DNA from: the human T2T-CHM13v2.0 reference genome, Homo sapiens
DNA: 64,000 bases
Direction: 5' to 3' (one strand)
Assembly (NCBI RefSeq): GCF_009914755.1
Contig: NC_060935.1
Of the stretch, positions 41,165 through 54,664 are shown piece after piece. The translations under genes and the position numbers were made by a program. Under the pieces are notes generated by a model. That model was not told where the DNA came from. It saw nothing but the letters and a program-made list of their open reading frames with translations, and ran no database searches. Every line of letters starts with the position of its first letter. The first letter of the stretch is position 1.

Positions 41165-41665
41165 TTTTAAAAACAGATTTCACTTTTTATTAGGTTGCTG
41201 CAAAGGTAATTGCGATCTTTGCCATCTTAATGGTAAAAACCACAATTACCTTTGCACCAACCTAATAGAACAGTTTTAGATTTACAAGAAATTGTGGGAT
41301 AGTGCAGAGAGTTCCCATAGGCCCTGTACCCAGTTCCCCTATTGCCAACATTGTACATTGGTATGGTACATTTATTATAATTAATGAACCAATGTTAATA
41401 CATAATCATCAACTAAAGTTCATACTTTATTCAAAACTCCTTAGTTTTTCCCTAATAGATTTCTTTTTCTGTTCCAGGGTTCCACCAGGGAAGGTACCAT
41501 AGTACATTAGGTTGTCACGCCTCCCTAGGTTCCTCTTGGCTATAATAGCTTTTTTACTTTCCTTGTTTTTGATGGCCTCGGCACTTTTTAGGAGTACTGG
41601 TCAGGTGTTTTGTAGGATGCCCCTCTACTAGAATTTATCTGATATTCTTCTCATGGTTAGACGGA
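41165..41665 (-). mobile_element. L1MC-type 3' end hosting MADE1
   Basis: gaacagttttagatttaca..cagagagttcccata..caactaaagttcatactttattca..gagtactggtcagg. Confidence 0.8.
41190..41265. mobile_element. MADE1 mariner (Hsmar1) MITE
   Basis: TA-flanked 36-bp inverted arms ttaggttgctgcaaaggtaattg.../...caattacctttgcaccaacctaa with a 4-nt spacer. Confidence 0.95.
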
Positions 41666-44600
41666 ATTGAACACAGAAATGTAAAGTTAGCAGATTATGG
41701 ATGACCACTCCAGTTTTCCCTTGGTCTCAGCATCCATGAAATTAGAATCAGATGTTTATGGGGAGTCTAAAAACATGGTTTGAAAAATCACTGGAGAAGA
41801 TCAAGTCTACACTCCCTGGTGTGACCTACGAGGTCTTCTCACTCCAAGCCCTGCCCACATCACCAGCCTGCTTTATCACTCCTTCCTGCTGCAGGCACCC
41901 CCAGCTTCTCAGCATTCCCCTAATAGGTCCGGGCATTGAGGCATATCGACTCATCCCCCAGGAATGCCTTCCCTCCTTTCTCTGCCTGCCTAGTTTCTTT
42001 CTAATCTCTATGCAAAGACTCTAAGATCCAGTTTAACTTATCCTTCCTCCCTGATGCAATTCCCACTTTCCTTACAGAGACTGACACTGTCCCTAGGGTT
42101 CCCTGGGCACATCTCTCTATTGTCTTTCTCAGCTCTCATGTCTGCCTCTTCCTGTACACTGGAAGCTTCTTAAGAGCAGGAGCTGAGTCATAATCCTCTA
42201 TTCCTCATGTCCAGCGTGAGCCTGGCACACAGTAGGTGCTTAAGAGATGCTTAATGAATGACTCTTGATGTTAGAGAAAGGTGCCATTTCTATACCATCT
42301 TTAACACAGAGCATGTTGCCTTCATCCTAAGAAAATGGGGTGCCCCAGTGGATGATGGATACCAGAGATTAACCCTTGGGTGGGTCTTTTAAGGCCGTTT
42401 TCTCCCTGCCCCAGAGGGTGTGGGAATGAGGTGTGAGTATGGAAAGGACCACCAGGGGGCTCCGGGATGCAGTTCACCAGCCCAGGCCGAGAGGAAGGCT
42501 CAGTGGTGGCTTCAGCAGCAAGCCTGGGTCTGGCAGAATCCTCAAAGAAAGTGTGTCAAAAGAGAGGTCTGTTTTGCTACTGATGTGCCAGGCTCTGTAG
42601 CAAGGACAGGATGTACCAGCCTGTTCTTTAAACATGTGTGGGCCCCTCACTGTCCTTTGCCCCAGAGGTCCCAGCCTACAGAGAAAGGGACAAAAGATCC
42701 TGAGAGCCAAGAAAATAATATTTGCAGGAAAAATGGTCTTGTTATATGCGCAAGCAGACCTTTACTTCATTCAGACTTCCTAATTTCCCTTTCCACGCCA
42801 GTGTTAATAGTTCTCCTTGGATCGCAAACTCTTAATAGATATTCCTAAGGCCAAAAGTATCACTGAGAAGTTGGAGCCAAAATCTCAGGGCTTTTTTTTT
42901 GAATTCTATAAGAAGAGGGGAAAACAGCTGAGTTAATCTGAAATAATGAAGCTGGAATTAGAAATTGCTCTGGTCAGTAACATCCACTGTTTTGTTTTTT
43001 TGTTGTGTTATTAACAGTAATAATAACAATAGCTCTTGTGCATTGGGTGCCAACTCTGTGCCAGGCATTGGGATGCAGGCGTCTGCCTGTGCCAGGCATT
43101 TGTCTTTGGGCATACAAGGGGAATTAGGCCAGGATAATCTCTGCCCATTCTGCCACAAAGATATTATCTCCATTTCATAGATGAGGAAATTGAGGCCCGG
43201 GAACATGGCATAATTTGTTAAGGCTAGAAATCAGATTCTGTCCAGCTTCAAGATCTGAACCCTTTCCAATCACCCAAACATGCCTCAAAAGGATATAAAA
43301 TAGTTGCCAATCTTAAAACATGACTGTGCTCCAGGGGAAGGGAAGGGATTATCACACGAGGCAGAAATGTATAGGCATTACAGGTACATCCATCATTAAT
43401 AATAATGACAAAAGGATGATAATATCTTACTGTTTTGGGCCATGGGCTTCCTAGCATTCATGTAGGCAAATGAAAATACAGAGGGATGTCTGCTAGAATG
43501 CGATATGGTTTGTATTCAAAAGATTCTTGTAGTTTACTTTAAAAGCAGTGTTATGATGGAACTTGTACACTCACACATTTTTAAGAAGCAGACTCCTCCT
43601 TCCAAGGGTTTTGACCCAGCTGCACATGATCTTACGTGCACCTCTCCTCTGCTTTAACCTCAGTAGTCAGGTGAGGTGCCCCGTAGGCTCCAGGGAGCTG
43701 GCACAGGCGGCTCCTTGTCCTGAAGGCTCTCTTGCCTCTATTTCCCAAGGTGGGGATTCTAAACAGCAGAGCCCAGAACCAAACTTGGAGAACACTCGAG
43801 CCCCCAGCTGAAAGACATTAATCACCCATGGACAGGTTTCTTGAACAGGAGAAAGTTTGTAACCAGAGAACAAAGCAGTTTCTGCACAAAACAGTAACTT
43901 AAGGAGGATATTCAAAAACCTCTTGGACTTTTGTCTCATGCCATAGCCTAAGTCCCTCTCAAAGCTGCCCACATTCTCAGGACCAGACGTGTACCCTGCC
44001 TTTGGCTGGGCCCCTGGGATTCCAGGGCCACACGGCAGCCATGCGTGGCACATCTTCAAGTTCACTTCTCCAAGCTCTGGGACTCTCCCCGTGCCAGCAC
44101 AGAACTATTAATTATTTTTCTCTGTCAAACCTTTGTCAGCAACTTCATCCCAAAAGAGGAGGTTTATTTTCCCTTCGGCAGTGTTTGTGACTCTTGTAAA
44201 TAAGAGATAATTACACTCCAGTTTTTAAATTAAAACAAAAAGAGCTAGAGATGCCCGTTAGGAGTTTACATTTTACAACAGCCCACTTCCTTAGTCAAAG
44301 ATCCAACAGACTTAGTTTGCTGAGTTTTATGCAGATTCTGAGAAGTTTGAGTGGTTTAAATGCGAAACTTTTGTGTTAGCCGCCTGAAATGCCTTCGCTT
44401 TTGCTTCGAGTTAGTATTAAATAATTTTTAAATTCTTTCATCTTTCAGCGCTGCTGGAGGATCTTAACGCTCTAAAACTGCAATTAAAATGTGAACATTA
44501 AGGAGTTATAAGGTTAAATGAGAGAATGTATCAGAAAGCGTTTGGAGATGTTTTTATTGCACCATGATCTGACTTGGTAGCCGGAGAAATGCATTCTTGT

Positions 44601-46596
44601 CTTATGGCTGCTGAAAATTTCATTTTTTTTTTTTTTTGTCTCTAAGTTTGTGCTTGGAAAGTGAAAATATATTCAAACGAGTCCTTATAAACATTTGATC
44701 TTGTTTTCATATGAAGTGAAAAGAATTGTGAAAAGTAATTCAAAACATGGAATTAGATTCTTACAGCGTTAGTTGCGTGGAGCCATCTGCAGGGCTAGGC
44801 CAGGAGTTCTGTGGGTTATGGCCAGCCCTGGATCGATGTGAACTAACATCTAATTAGTGGGCCTGGTGGAAGTTGGCAAGCCTTTGGACAAGAAGGCTTT
44901 GGGGAGGTGAAGACATCTTTCCTCCCTAAGGAGGAATCATCCCACAGTCTCAAGGGCAGTGTTCTTCACAGAATGTAAGGGTGGACCTAGCGTCGGCTGT
45001 CAGGAACCAGCCTGGGCACTGGTGGGCTGGCTTAACCCCTTGTTTTCCATCCCATCCCAACACCTTGATGAAGTGATGTGTTAACAACAGGAAAGGCAAT
45101 ATTGAGAATGTCATGACTTAGGGAGAGAGTTTATTTGACATGTCAGCTGCAGGCTGTGCTTACACAGATGGGCGTTTTGGGACTGGAAATCTGTGAATAC
45201 CCCCAAAAGACATTATGAGGCTCATGGGAGCAAAGATGGCATGAGAAACTTGAAACTAGGATTCCAGCATGGCAGAATAAGAGTACACAAAGTTTCGTGT
45301 GTCATATGCTAAGCTTTCTCCTAGGCCTTTCATTTTTGTAAATCAGAGGAGAAAGCCGTATGTTGACAACCCTGCATTTAAGACATACCAACCACTTTGA
45401 CAATGAAGTGGTGTGGCCTTGCCCTCCCCATCCCCTCCCCCACCCCAACATGTGCTTCAATAACCAGGCAGCACTCCCTGATGTCATCAATACTTAGATT
45501 TATTGGGAGGGACCAGGAGAGCTTTAGTCTATGAGAAACAATGGCCAGACTTTACTCTCAAGGGGAATCAGCCTTTACATCATCTGAGCCTAAGATGTTT
45601 TCTGGACTACAATATATATTATCACAGATCTTAATTTGAGACATACATGTTAGAATAATTTCATTTTGAAATATGGTGGTAGTAAAATTCAGCATTAACA
45701 TGAGCAGTCAGTAATTCAAATTTTATTTGCTCTGATATCAAAGGGATATCTTTCTGCTCCCACCAGCCAGGAAAAAGAGAGAGAGAGAGATTAGGCATTT
45801 TGCTGAGTACTTTTTCAGCCCAATTTTATTTAAAGATGAAGCCTTGTAATTGATTTGTTTGGTCTCTGAAACCCACAAGAGTCCCGCATAGCCCCCTGGA
45901 TCTTGGTGAAAAGGCGTAGCGCCTTCTCTACTTAGCTGTTGGCACTAATCTATGCTTGCCTTATTGGGGGCAGAAAGTTTGAAAACTTAGAACTGTTTAT
46001 AACCTCCATTTGTTTTCCCTTTCAACATCATAATGCTGTGGTGAACTGGCTGTTTTGGGAAAGAGGTTGAAAGTGGAATGATTGAGGGGGAATTTTCCCC
46101 CTTGGTGAAACTGATGGACTAGCACAGTTTTAGAAAAATTTTCATCCGTAGAATAATTTTGGCCATTATGAACATAAATGGCTTTGTCACCCGTTAGCAG
46201 GCAGATAGAGCATGTGTTTCACATTATTAATTCGAGGCAACGTTAGGGCTGGTTGAGGCAGCTTTTAAGAAAGCAGAGTCTACACGTCCCCATCTTTCAT
46301 CCAGTTCCACCTCAAGAGACAGCATTCAAACTGTCCCTAGCGGTAGAACAGCCCCTCTGGTGGAAATGCTGTGTGACATGAATCTTGCCAAAAACTAATG
46401 GATCATTTACAGGAAATAAGAAGTTGAAGAGAAGGATGAGTTAGTAGACTTCAAAGCAAACTCATTTCCACAGAACCTAAATAATGAATACCAAAACCTG
46501 AAGATTTCACAGACAGCTTATATGGCTCTCTGTACAGCTGGAACCTTCGCCGACTCCAGCGCCATCTGCCCTGATGAAGGGTCCCTGCTGCTTCAG

Positions 46597-46830
46597 GAAG
46601 GAAGGAAGAAAAGGAAAGAAGGAAGGAAATCAGGGGAGAAAGAGAAAGAAGCGAATGGAGAGAAAGAAGGAGAACAATTTTACAAAGAAAGGGAGAGGAG
46701 GAGAGAGGAAAGATAGGGAGGAGGCAGAGAAGGAAGGAAGAAAGCAATGGAGGGAGAAAGAAGGGAAGAGGAGGGAGGGAGGGAGAAAGGAGGGGAGGGC
46801 ACGAGGGCAGAGAGATGGAAGGTGAGAGCA
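46597..46830. repeat. GA-rich polypurine low-complexity tract
   Basis: ~230 bp almost entirely G/A (gaag, ggga, gaga units). Confidence 0.9.
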
Positions 46831-47124
46831 TGAGGGCTGATCACAAGGTGGGTCGTTAAGTCTAATTTTGCACAAATGGGTTTTGTATGGCCAGTATCTT
46901 GGGACATCTGTCTTGTGGGTCTCTAGTAATCTTTAGATTACTAAAGTCAAAATAAAATTGTGTATCTTTTAAATGCCCCTGAGTCACTTTGTTGGAACTA
47001 CTTATAATGGAGAACTGTGTTTGAGAAGGCCAAGGGCTGGTTCAGACTATAAGCACAATTCCAAGGTCTGTCACTATAAGGAAACTTGTATATCAGTGAA
47101 ATCGACTGATTAGGGAGATTTATG

Positions 47125-47592
47125 CATATTACAAAAACATTTTGATCCAGCAATTCCACCTTTAGGAATTTATTCTTAATAAATAGTTGGACGAGGTTGT
47201 AAATCCTGTGTAGATAACAGCATTGTTCACACTTGTGAAAAACTTGAAATAAACTATAAGTCTAATATGAAAAGATTGGTTAAATAAATTATGGTGTATC
47301 ATAGTAAAATACTGTAACATTAAAAATATACCGCAGTTCTATATTATTTTCTGGAATAATTTTTATGCTATATTAACTGAAACTTTTTAAAAACAGTATT
47401 TATATATTTGTAAGGGTATATATGTAAAAATATATATGTTTATACTTGCATTGAATAAAGTCTGGAAATGTGTACCTACAGTATTAACAGTGACTACATC
47501 TGGAAGGTAGGATTTGGAGTGATTTTAATTTTTCTGTCTGCATTTTCTAATTTCTACCATGAATATGTATTACTTGCCTAATATAAAAAACA
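47125..47592 (+). mobile_element. Old L1ME-type 3' end
   Basis: tttgatccagcaattccac.ttaggaatttat..gattggttaaataaattatgg..catgaatatgtattactt. Confidence 0.75.
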
Positions 47593-48669
47593 ATCAGTAG
47601 GAGAGGAGGATTTTTCACTCTGCAAGACTGAAAAATGCAAGAGGATTTATTTAAGTGTTTTTCCACAGAGAAGGGCCCAAGTTAAGTTTGTATTTACAGA
47701 GTCCCTCCCAATGTTGGGAAGGGAAAAAACTTTCCCAAATGTCAAAATCCTGTTTCTGGATCTTTTTTGTCCTCAGGGCCCCCCGGGTGCCAAGCCTTCC
47801 TTCTTGCTTATGGCCTGACCTGAGTTTTCTTCTGGAGCCAACAGCCCCTTCTAGCTGGGCAGCTCCCAGGGGCGAGGCATCTCTGGCCAGGGAGCACCTC
47901 CTACAAAGCACCCTTTCCTCCAGATTGGAGACCCCAGCAGTGCCAGATGCTGATGCAGAGTGCCTGTAGGCCACCTAAGGCTGGCTTGGAGTGGGGTGGG
48001 GAAGAGAATTCACTTGAGAGAAAAAAACAAAAAACATCTGAAACTGCAAGTCATTGGAAGGTTCCTGCTGGCACCCCCACTGGGCTCAGATAAGAATCAG
48101 GAACCGAATTCCTGCCACATTTCAGAAATTTTCTAAGGAAATCAGCAATGGGCCAAGGGGCCCAATGAGAGTCTGAGGTGGAAGTGGGTCATTGGAGCCC
48201 AGGCCGCCTACCTGGGCCTAATACTCTGTGACAGACACTCCCAGTCCCTGGGTGGGTGATGTGAGTTTTGTTCCCTTAGTTTGGGCTGGGTGATGGTGCC
48301 CAGCAGGCCCCGCCCACAGGCCTCTGTGGCTTCCTGTTTGGGTCTTGCCCTTCCATCTGCTTGAGGGCCGTAGTGGTGACCTCTGGATCCAGCTTCCCAC
48401 TTTGGGCTTGCGTTCTCTTTGTTGGATCCAGCTGGTCTCATCCCTGGGGCAGGATGGGTGTGGGAGGAGGACGAAGACAGTTGGGATTCTTTAGCGGGTG
48501 GGTTGTTGGCTTGGAGCAGAGCCCAGCTTCTCAGCGTGCCTGCCACAGCCTCCCCCACCCAGTTCATGGTCTGGGCCAGCGTGATGACTGCTTGATTCTC
48601 TATCAGGCAACTGCACCTCACTGGAGCCAAATTCCATCTTTATTCTGCTCCCCATTACCACCCCGCCAC

Positions 48670-49025
48670 CGGCTTTGTGACCTAGACTGATCACTGAATG
48701 CCTCTGAGCCTCTATGTCCTCATCGGTAAAATTTAGCTGTGTTGAAAGTGGAAGTGGGGAGTTGAAGACTAAATGCCACAACATAGGAAAGCACTTTGAA
48801 TGCTGCCTTGCACCCTGTAACAATAATAACCATTATTGCTGTGATAACTGATGTGTATTGAACAATACTTTGCACCAGGAACTCTTAGAAACCCTTTACA
48901 TGTAGTAATTTACTTAATCCTCACAATGGTTTATGAGGTAGGTACTAATCAATCCCATTTGCAGATGAGTAAATTGAACCATGAAGAGATTGAATAACTT
49001 GCCGAAGTTATTAAGTGGTTGAATT
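48670..49025. mobile_element. Tail-to-tail MIR pair
   Basis: ctctgagcctc..ctcatc.gtaaaat (plus); taatcctcacaa..tgaggtaggtact..cccatttgcagatgag (minus). Confidence 0.7.
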
Positions 49026-49104
49026 TATGAAGTAACCAGGCTCTGACCAAGGAGCTGCTTTTTTAAAATTTTTTGGTTTTAAAAAAGTCTTTCCAGCCAT
49101 CTTA

Positions 49105-49808
49105 AAAAAATTGTAGTAAAATACATATAACTTAAATTCTTAACCATTTTAAGTGTACAGTTCAGTAGTATAAAGTGCATTCACACTGTTTTGTAACCAA
49201 CCTCCTAAACCCTTTTCATCTTGCAAAACTGAAACCCTATACCCATTAAACAACTCCCCATTCTCCCCACCCCCCAGGCCCCAGCAGCCAATATCCTGTT
49301 TTATGTCTCGATGAATCTGAGTACTCTTGGTACCTCCTATGAGTGGAATCGTATGATATTTGCCTTTTTATGACTGACTTACTTCACTCAGTATAATGTC
49401 CAGAGCTATATCTGTGTTGTAGCATGTGTCAGAATATTCTTTCTGTTTGAGGCTGAATGATATTCCATTGTATGTGTATACCACATTTTGTTTATCCATT
49501 CATCCATTGTTGGACACTTGAGTTGCTTCCATCTTTTGACTATTGTGAGTAATGCTGCTCTGGACATGGGTGTACAACTATATCTTCAAGACTGTTTTCA
49601 ATTCTTTTGAGTGTATGCAGAAGTTAAATTGCTGGATCTTACAGGTAATTCTATGTTTAATTTTTTGAGGAACGGCCATACTGTTTTCCACAGTAGCTGC
49701 ACCATTTTACATTCCACAGCAGGGCACAAGGGTTCCAGTTTCCCAACATCCTCACCAATACTTATTGTTAATTTTGTTATTAATAGTAACCATCCTAATG
49801 GATATGAA
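49105..49808 (-). mobile_element. L1MB-type 3' region
   Basis: aaaatacatataac..ttaaccattttaagtgtacagttcagt..ataccacattttgtttatccattcatc..ccatactgttttccaca. Confidence 0.9.
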
Positions 49809-50644
49809 GCAGAGTCTAGCCCTACCGTGGTTAATGTCAAACTGAATTCTTCTTACGTTGTTGCTGAAGGTGTGGTGGCAAAACCTAGGTAAATGCTGGC
49901 GGAAACACTTTTAAGATTCATATATACTGCTGTTCAGAATGTCTCCCATCATTATGAGGAAAATATATTATTTTTAGCAGATGTTAAATCAACTATATTA
50001 ATTATAAGTTCTGTTCAGTAATGTTCCGAATACATACGTAGCTAGTTCTCAAAATGCATTCCTTGAAGTCTCTGAGTTTCCACTAATAAAGAAAACTAAG
50101 GAAATCAGGCATTCATGGCTCTAGACAGGAATGAAGACTTTAGGAGAAAAAAAGGGTTAGTTCTGGGAGACTCAGCTTCTAATGTGGACCCATTAAAAAT
50201 TCCTAATAGGCATTTATTGTACACATCTGTTATTCCTTTTGGAGGCACTAATTTCAGCAAAGAATGTAGGTTTGTGGTTTTTTGAAAAACACTAGATCAA
50301 ATTATTGTGTGTTTAATTTGAACGGGAACTTCATGAATGAGATGTCTCCCAAGTGCACCAAGCAAGAGTGAGGAAACGTAGGTTTAAACCTTTTGTTCTG
50401 TTTGGAAGTGTAAACAGTGTATTCAAATTCTTAAATATAGAGAAAAGATCTAGAACAGAGGGACAGTGAAGCTAATGTGTCTTGAGAGATTGGAGCAGAC
50501 ACATGGAAAATACCTATACCTAAAAGCACTGAGGATGTTTCCACCTAATAATAAGGAGTATGGTTCTGTAAGCTCCTGGAAGTAAGGATTGTCCTTTAGG
50601 CTCAGATCCAGAGCCCAACACCTGTTTTTAGTGGATGATGAGAA

Positions 50645-50885
50645 TGATAATAATAGCTAACATTTATTGATTGCTTACTACATGCCAAACACTGTTCTAA
50701 GCACTTTACAGGTCTTAAATCACTTAATCTTCTTACCAATCTTGTGGGGCAAGAACCGTCATTATTCTCAATTTATAGATGAAAAAGATGAGGCCCAGTG
50801 AAGCTGTTTGCCCATGTTCACACAGCTAGTAAATGGCATAACTAGCATTCAAGTCCAGGCGGTAGAGTCCAGAGCCTGTCCTCTT
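50645..50885 (-). mobile_element. MIR
   Basis: aataatagctaacatttattga..cactgttctaagcacttta..tcacacagctagtaaatggc. Confidence 0.82.
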
Positions 50886-52852
50886 CACACCACCCCACCC
50901 AGCGAGAATGGAAGGAGTTAGCTGCCAGAGGTCTTAAATTCCTGGATCCTTCAATGATCACTCAAACGGTGGTCAACCATCTGTTTATATCAGCATGTTA
51001 GGACTTTTTTTTTTTTTTTGTACTTCTCAATCAGTACCGGCTCTAAAGGTGATACTACCATGATTTACTACTTGGGGTGTCTTGGTGGACTCGGAGCTTG
51101 CCATTATGGATTGCTAGGCATGAGATGGACAAGGTGGTGGGCTGGTAAGAGGGGCAACTAAGGATCTGACCCAGCTACAAAAAGTTGCACAGATGAGGCT
51201 ATCCAAGCATGGTACCCAAGAGGGATTAGAAATATCTCTGCCCAAAACTGAAGTGTTTACATTATATACTTAGGAAGTCCAAGTAAAGACATGAGACTAG
51301 ACTTTAGGTCGTGGGGCTCTGGTGGTGGCCAGTAAGCCATGAGAATGGATGGACTTTCCTAGAGAGAGTGTGCAGGATGGTAACCTCAACACCATTTATC
51401 AGATTCTTCCTCTGAAAGTCTAAATTCCAGAAAAATCCCAGCAACAGATTTTTTTTCTTTAATCTGCCTTTTAAAATCTTATACCTTTGAAGTGATTGCA
51501 GAGTACAGTTTTGCTGAAGTGGACTTCACATGGTCTTAAGATAGCCAGAGGGGCATCTGTCAGCTGCCCACATGGTGGTATCACAGCTGTCCAGGCCGTG
51601 CTCTGTGGACAGATCAGTGATGATACCATGGGCTGTCACAAACCAGGCTCTCACCAGCAATGCTCTAGTTGTAGTGTTTTTAGTTATTGATGTGTTTCAG
51701 GGGCCAAGAATGGCCTTAATTCTTGAATTGCAATTGTGCAAATATAGTTTGTACACTCCATTCCTTAATCCACATAATAAAAGGAAAAGCCAGAAGGATG
51801 CATTCAACAAATATTGGGGCTGATCAGATCTTTATCTGATTATGTTCTTTTGGAGTTAAACTAAGTTCTAGAAATATGGAACAGGTCAGGCCCAGAACAT
51901 TCTTGATTGAGTAGTTCAAGATCTTTTGATAGAATTCAGAGCCTCCATGGTGGCTAAGCCAGTTATTGCTGCTTTAACTTGACTTCTCCCCACATTTGGA
52001 GGATATTCCAGCCAAGAAAGGACTTTGATTCATAGTCATCATCTTCTATGTACAATTTGAAATGTTTTGCATTTAGGGTTCTTATGCTTTTTTCCTAACT
52101 TAAAATTGTTTTGTATTTACATTTCTATCCATAGGTCAATTCACATGATCACTTAAAGTTTTAAATAATGTCATAGAAATCCTACTGAATTGCTATATTG
52201 AATTTACTTAACCCATTTCTCTGTGGTTGGATATTTAGACAGATTCCATTTTAGTTCTTAATAATATGCTGTTAGAAACATTGCTTACATTGGTTACGTT
52301 TCTTTCTGTGGGTCTCTTTTTTGAGCATTTCTTCAAGATATAGTCCCTAAAGAAGAATTAAGGATAAAAAATATGGATGGTTTTATAGCTCTAGTTCCAT
52401 ATTGTTAGACAACTGAGAGAAACACTAGAGTAATGTACAATGCCCCTGGCAGTAGTTGAGTGGGCTTGTCGTCCAACAGCTCTGCCCAGTATTTTACCAT
52501 TGTGTTTCTTATTGTGTTCAAGTAGGTAAACAGTTATTTTCATTCATGTTTCTTTAATTGTGAGACTGAACACCTTCCCTGTGTTAGCTTATAGGGTACA
52601 TTTCCCAGTGTGTGTAATGCACCTATAAAGTGCCTGGCACAGGGCTGCCACCTGCTAGTGTCCTTCTCTTTCCTGCTTTCCCCCTTTACTCTTTAGCCAT
52701 TTGTCAAATGAAGTCTCATTACTGATGACAATATATGTTTATCTCACACTATAAGATTTTATTATTATTTTGGATTATAAATATTTATCCATTATATTTA
52801 TCATAATTTAAAATTTTGGGGGGCTCCCTTTGTATTTGTTTTGTTACTTTTC

Positions 52853-53146
52853 TTATTTATTTATTTGATACTGAGTCTTGCTCTGTTGCCCAGGCTGGAG
52901 TGTAGTGGCACAATCTCAGCTCACTGCAACCTCCACCTCCCGGTTCAAGCAATTCTCGCGCCTCAGCCTCTGAGTAGCTGGGATTACAGGCTCCTGCCAC
53001 CATGCCCAACTAAGTTTTGTATTTCTAGTAGAGACGGGCTTTCACCATGTTGGCCAGGCTGGTCTCGAACTCCTGACCTCAGGTGATCTGTCCACCTTGG
53101 CCTCTCAAAGTGCTGGGATTACAGGCGTGAGCCACCTCGCCTAGCC
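52853..53146 (-). mobile_element. Alu (AluS-like)
   Basis: Full-length; 16-bp direct repeat tgttttgttacttttc at 52837-52852 and 53150-53165. Confidence 0.96.
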
Positions 53147-53175
53147 AGATGTTTTGTTACTTTTCATTAAGGAGA

Positions 53176-53452
53176 TTTTTTTTTTTTTTTTTTTGAGACG
53201 GGGTCTTGCTTACCCATGCTGGACTGCAGTGGCGTGAACACAGCTCATTATAGCCTTGACCTCCAGGGCTCAAGCCATTCTTCCACCCCAGTCTCCTGAG
53301 TAGCTAGGACCACAGGCGTGCGCCACCATGCGTGGCTAATTTTTGTTTTTTTTTTTTTTTTTTTGGTAGAGACAGGGTTTTGCCATGTTGGCCGGGCTGA
53401 CCTTGAACTCCTGGGCTCAAGCAGTCTGCCTTCCTTGGCCTTCCAAAGTGCA
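53176..53452 (-). mobile_element. Alu (AluJ-like), slightly 5'-truncated
   Basis: Poly-T, gagacggggtcttgct..ccttgacctcc..gggctcaagc..ccaaagtgc. Confidence 0.92.
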
Positions 53453-54438
53453 AAGAGACTTTAAATAGACTTTATGATATTCGAGTTCACCTACCTCAGT
53501 CTTATAATACTATTTAGTTTTTTAATCATGAATTTCTCTCTCTGCTATAGCTGGGATAAATATGCTCTCCTTTTTTTCTTTTAAATGCTTTCCATGTTTA
53601 ATTAGTTCATTAACCAATTTAGAAAGTACTATTGTATATGGTGAGTTATGGATATAATATACTTTTCTTCATATTGATATCAGGTTGTTCCACCAGCATT
53701 TATTAAATGGTGATTCCGACATCTATTGTCGTGATTCTTAGTTTTGTTTTGTTTGCCATGTCCTCAGGACTTATAAGTGCTTGAATCCATCTCTGGAATC
53801 ACTGTTTTAGTAGAGTCTTTGTCCTGGCTTTGATTCAGCAAAATTCAGTTTTGATGAAGATCACTTTATAATATGTCTTAAAATTTGATTATTACATCCT
53901 CCTGCAATCTTCTTTGGAATTATTGTGTATTTATTTTTCTTTATTAATTTTGCCAGTCATTTATCACATTCTAGAGTATTCTTGCAGGAATATAATTGTT
54001 ATTATGTTAATCTATTTTTTGTTTTATGGATTAATGTTACTGGTATTACTCTAAATTTTCTAAATCAAGAGCAATGGATATAACTTTGTTTCTTTAGGTA
54101 TTCCTTTATTTTTCCCATTATAATTGTATTATTTTTATCTCACTAGATATTTATCTAGATATATAAATTCTCAGATGTTCTTTAATGTTGTGAATAGCAC
54201 CATTTTTCATTGCCTTTTCTAACTTCATAGCAGTGGTATGCATTTGGTTAATCTTGCTTTTTCTATTTACACTTTTATATCATCTGCAAAACAAGTGATA
54301 TGTCCATTTCCATCTTTCCTGTATTTATTCTCTATTTATTTTTCATCGTGTCCTGCAGCATTTCCTATTACCTCCAACATGAGTACTGAGAGGAACATCT
54401 TATGCTTCTACCTGTGTTTGCAAAGTGAAGTCTCTAAG

Positions 54439-54664
54439 ACTGTGCCATCATTACAGTAGCTAATAGCCACTTCTGGCTATTCAAATTTAAATAAATTTAA
54501 AAATAAAATAAAAAATTCAGTCCTTCAGTCACATTAGCCACATTGAAGTCTCAATAGTCATCCATAACTAGTTGCTACCAATACTAGTTGTCCAGTTGTA
54601 CTGGACAGTGCGGAAATAAATATTTCCATCATTGCAGAAAGTCTTAATAGATAGCATTGCTCTA
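54439..54664. mobile_element. MER3-type hAT-Charlie MITE
   Basis: tagccac..tggcta..aaattcagt..cagtcacattagccacat..tttccatcattgcagaaagt..ctctag. Confidence 0.78.

Noticed and set aside
46451-46907. Low-complexity ORFs (Leu/Ser/Pro or Glu/Arg/Lys rich)
   Set aside because: Translations of the GA-rich tract.
46924-46943. 9-bp inverted repeat tagtaatct-tt-agattacta
   Set aside because: AT-rich and short enough to be expected by chance in 64 kb.
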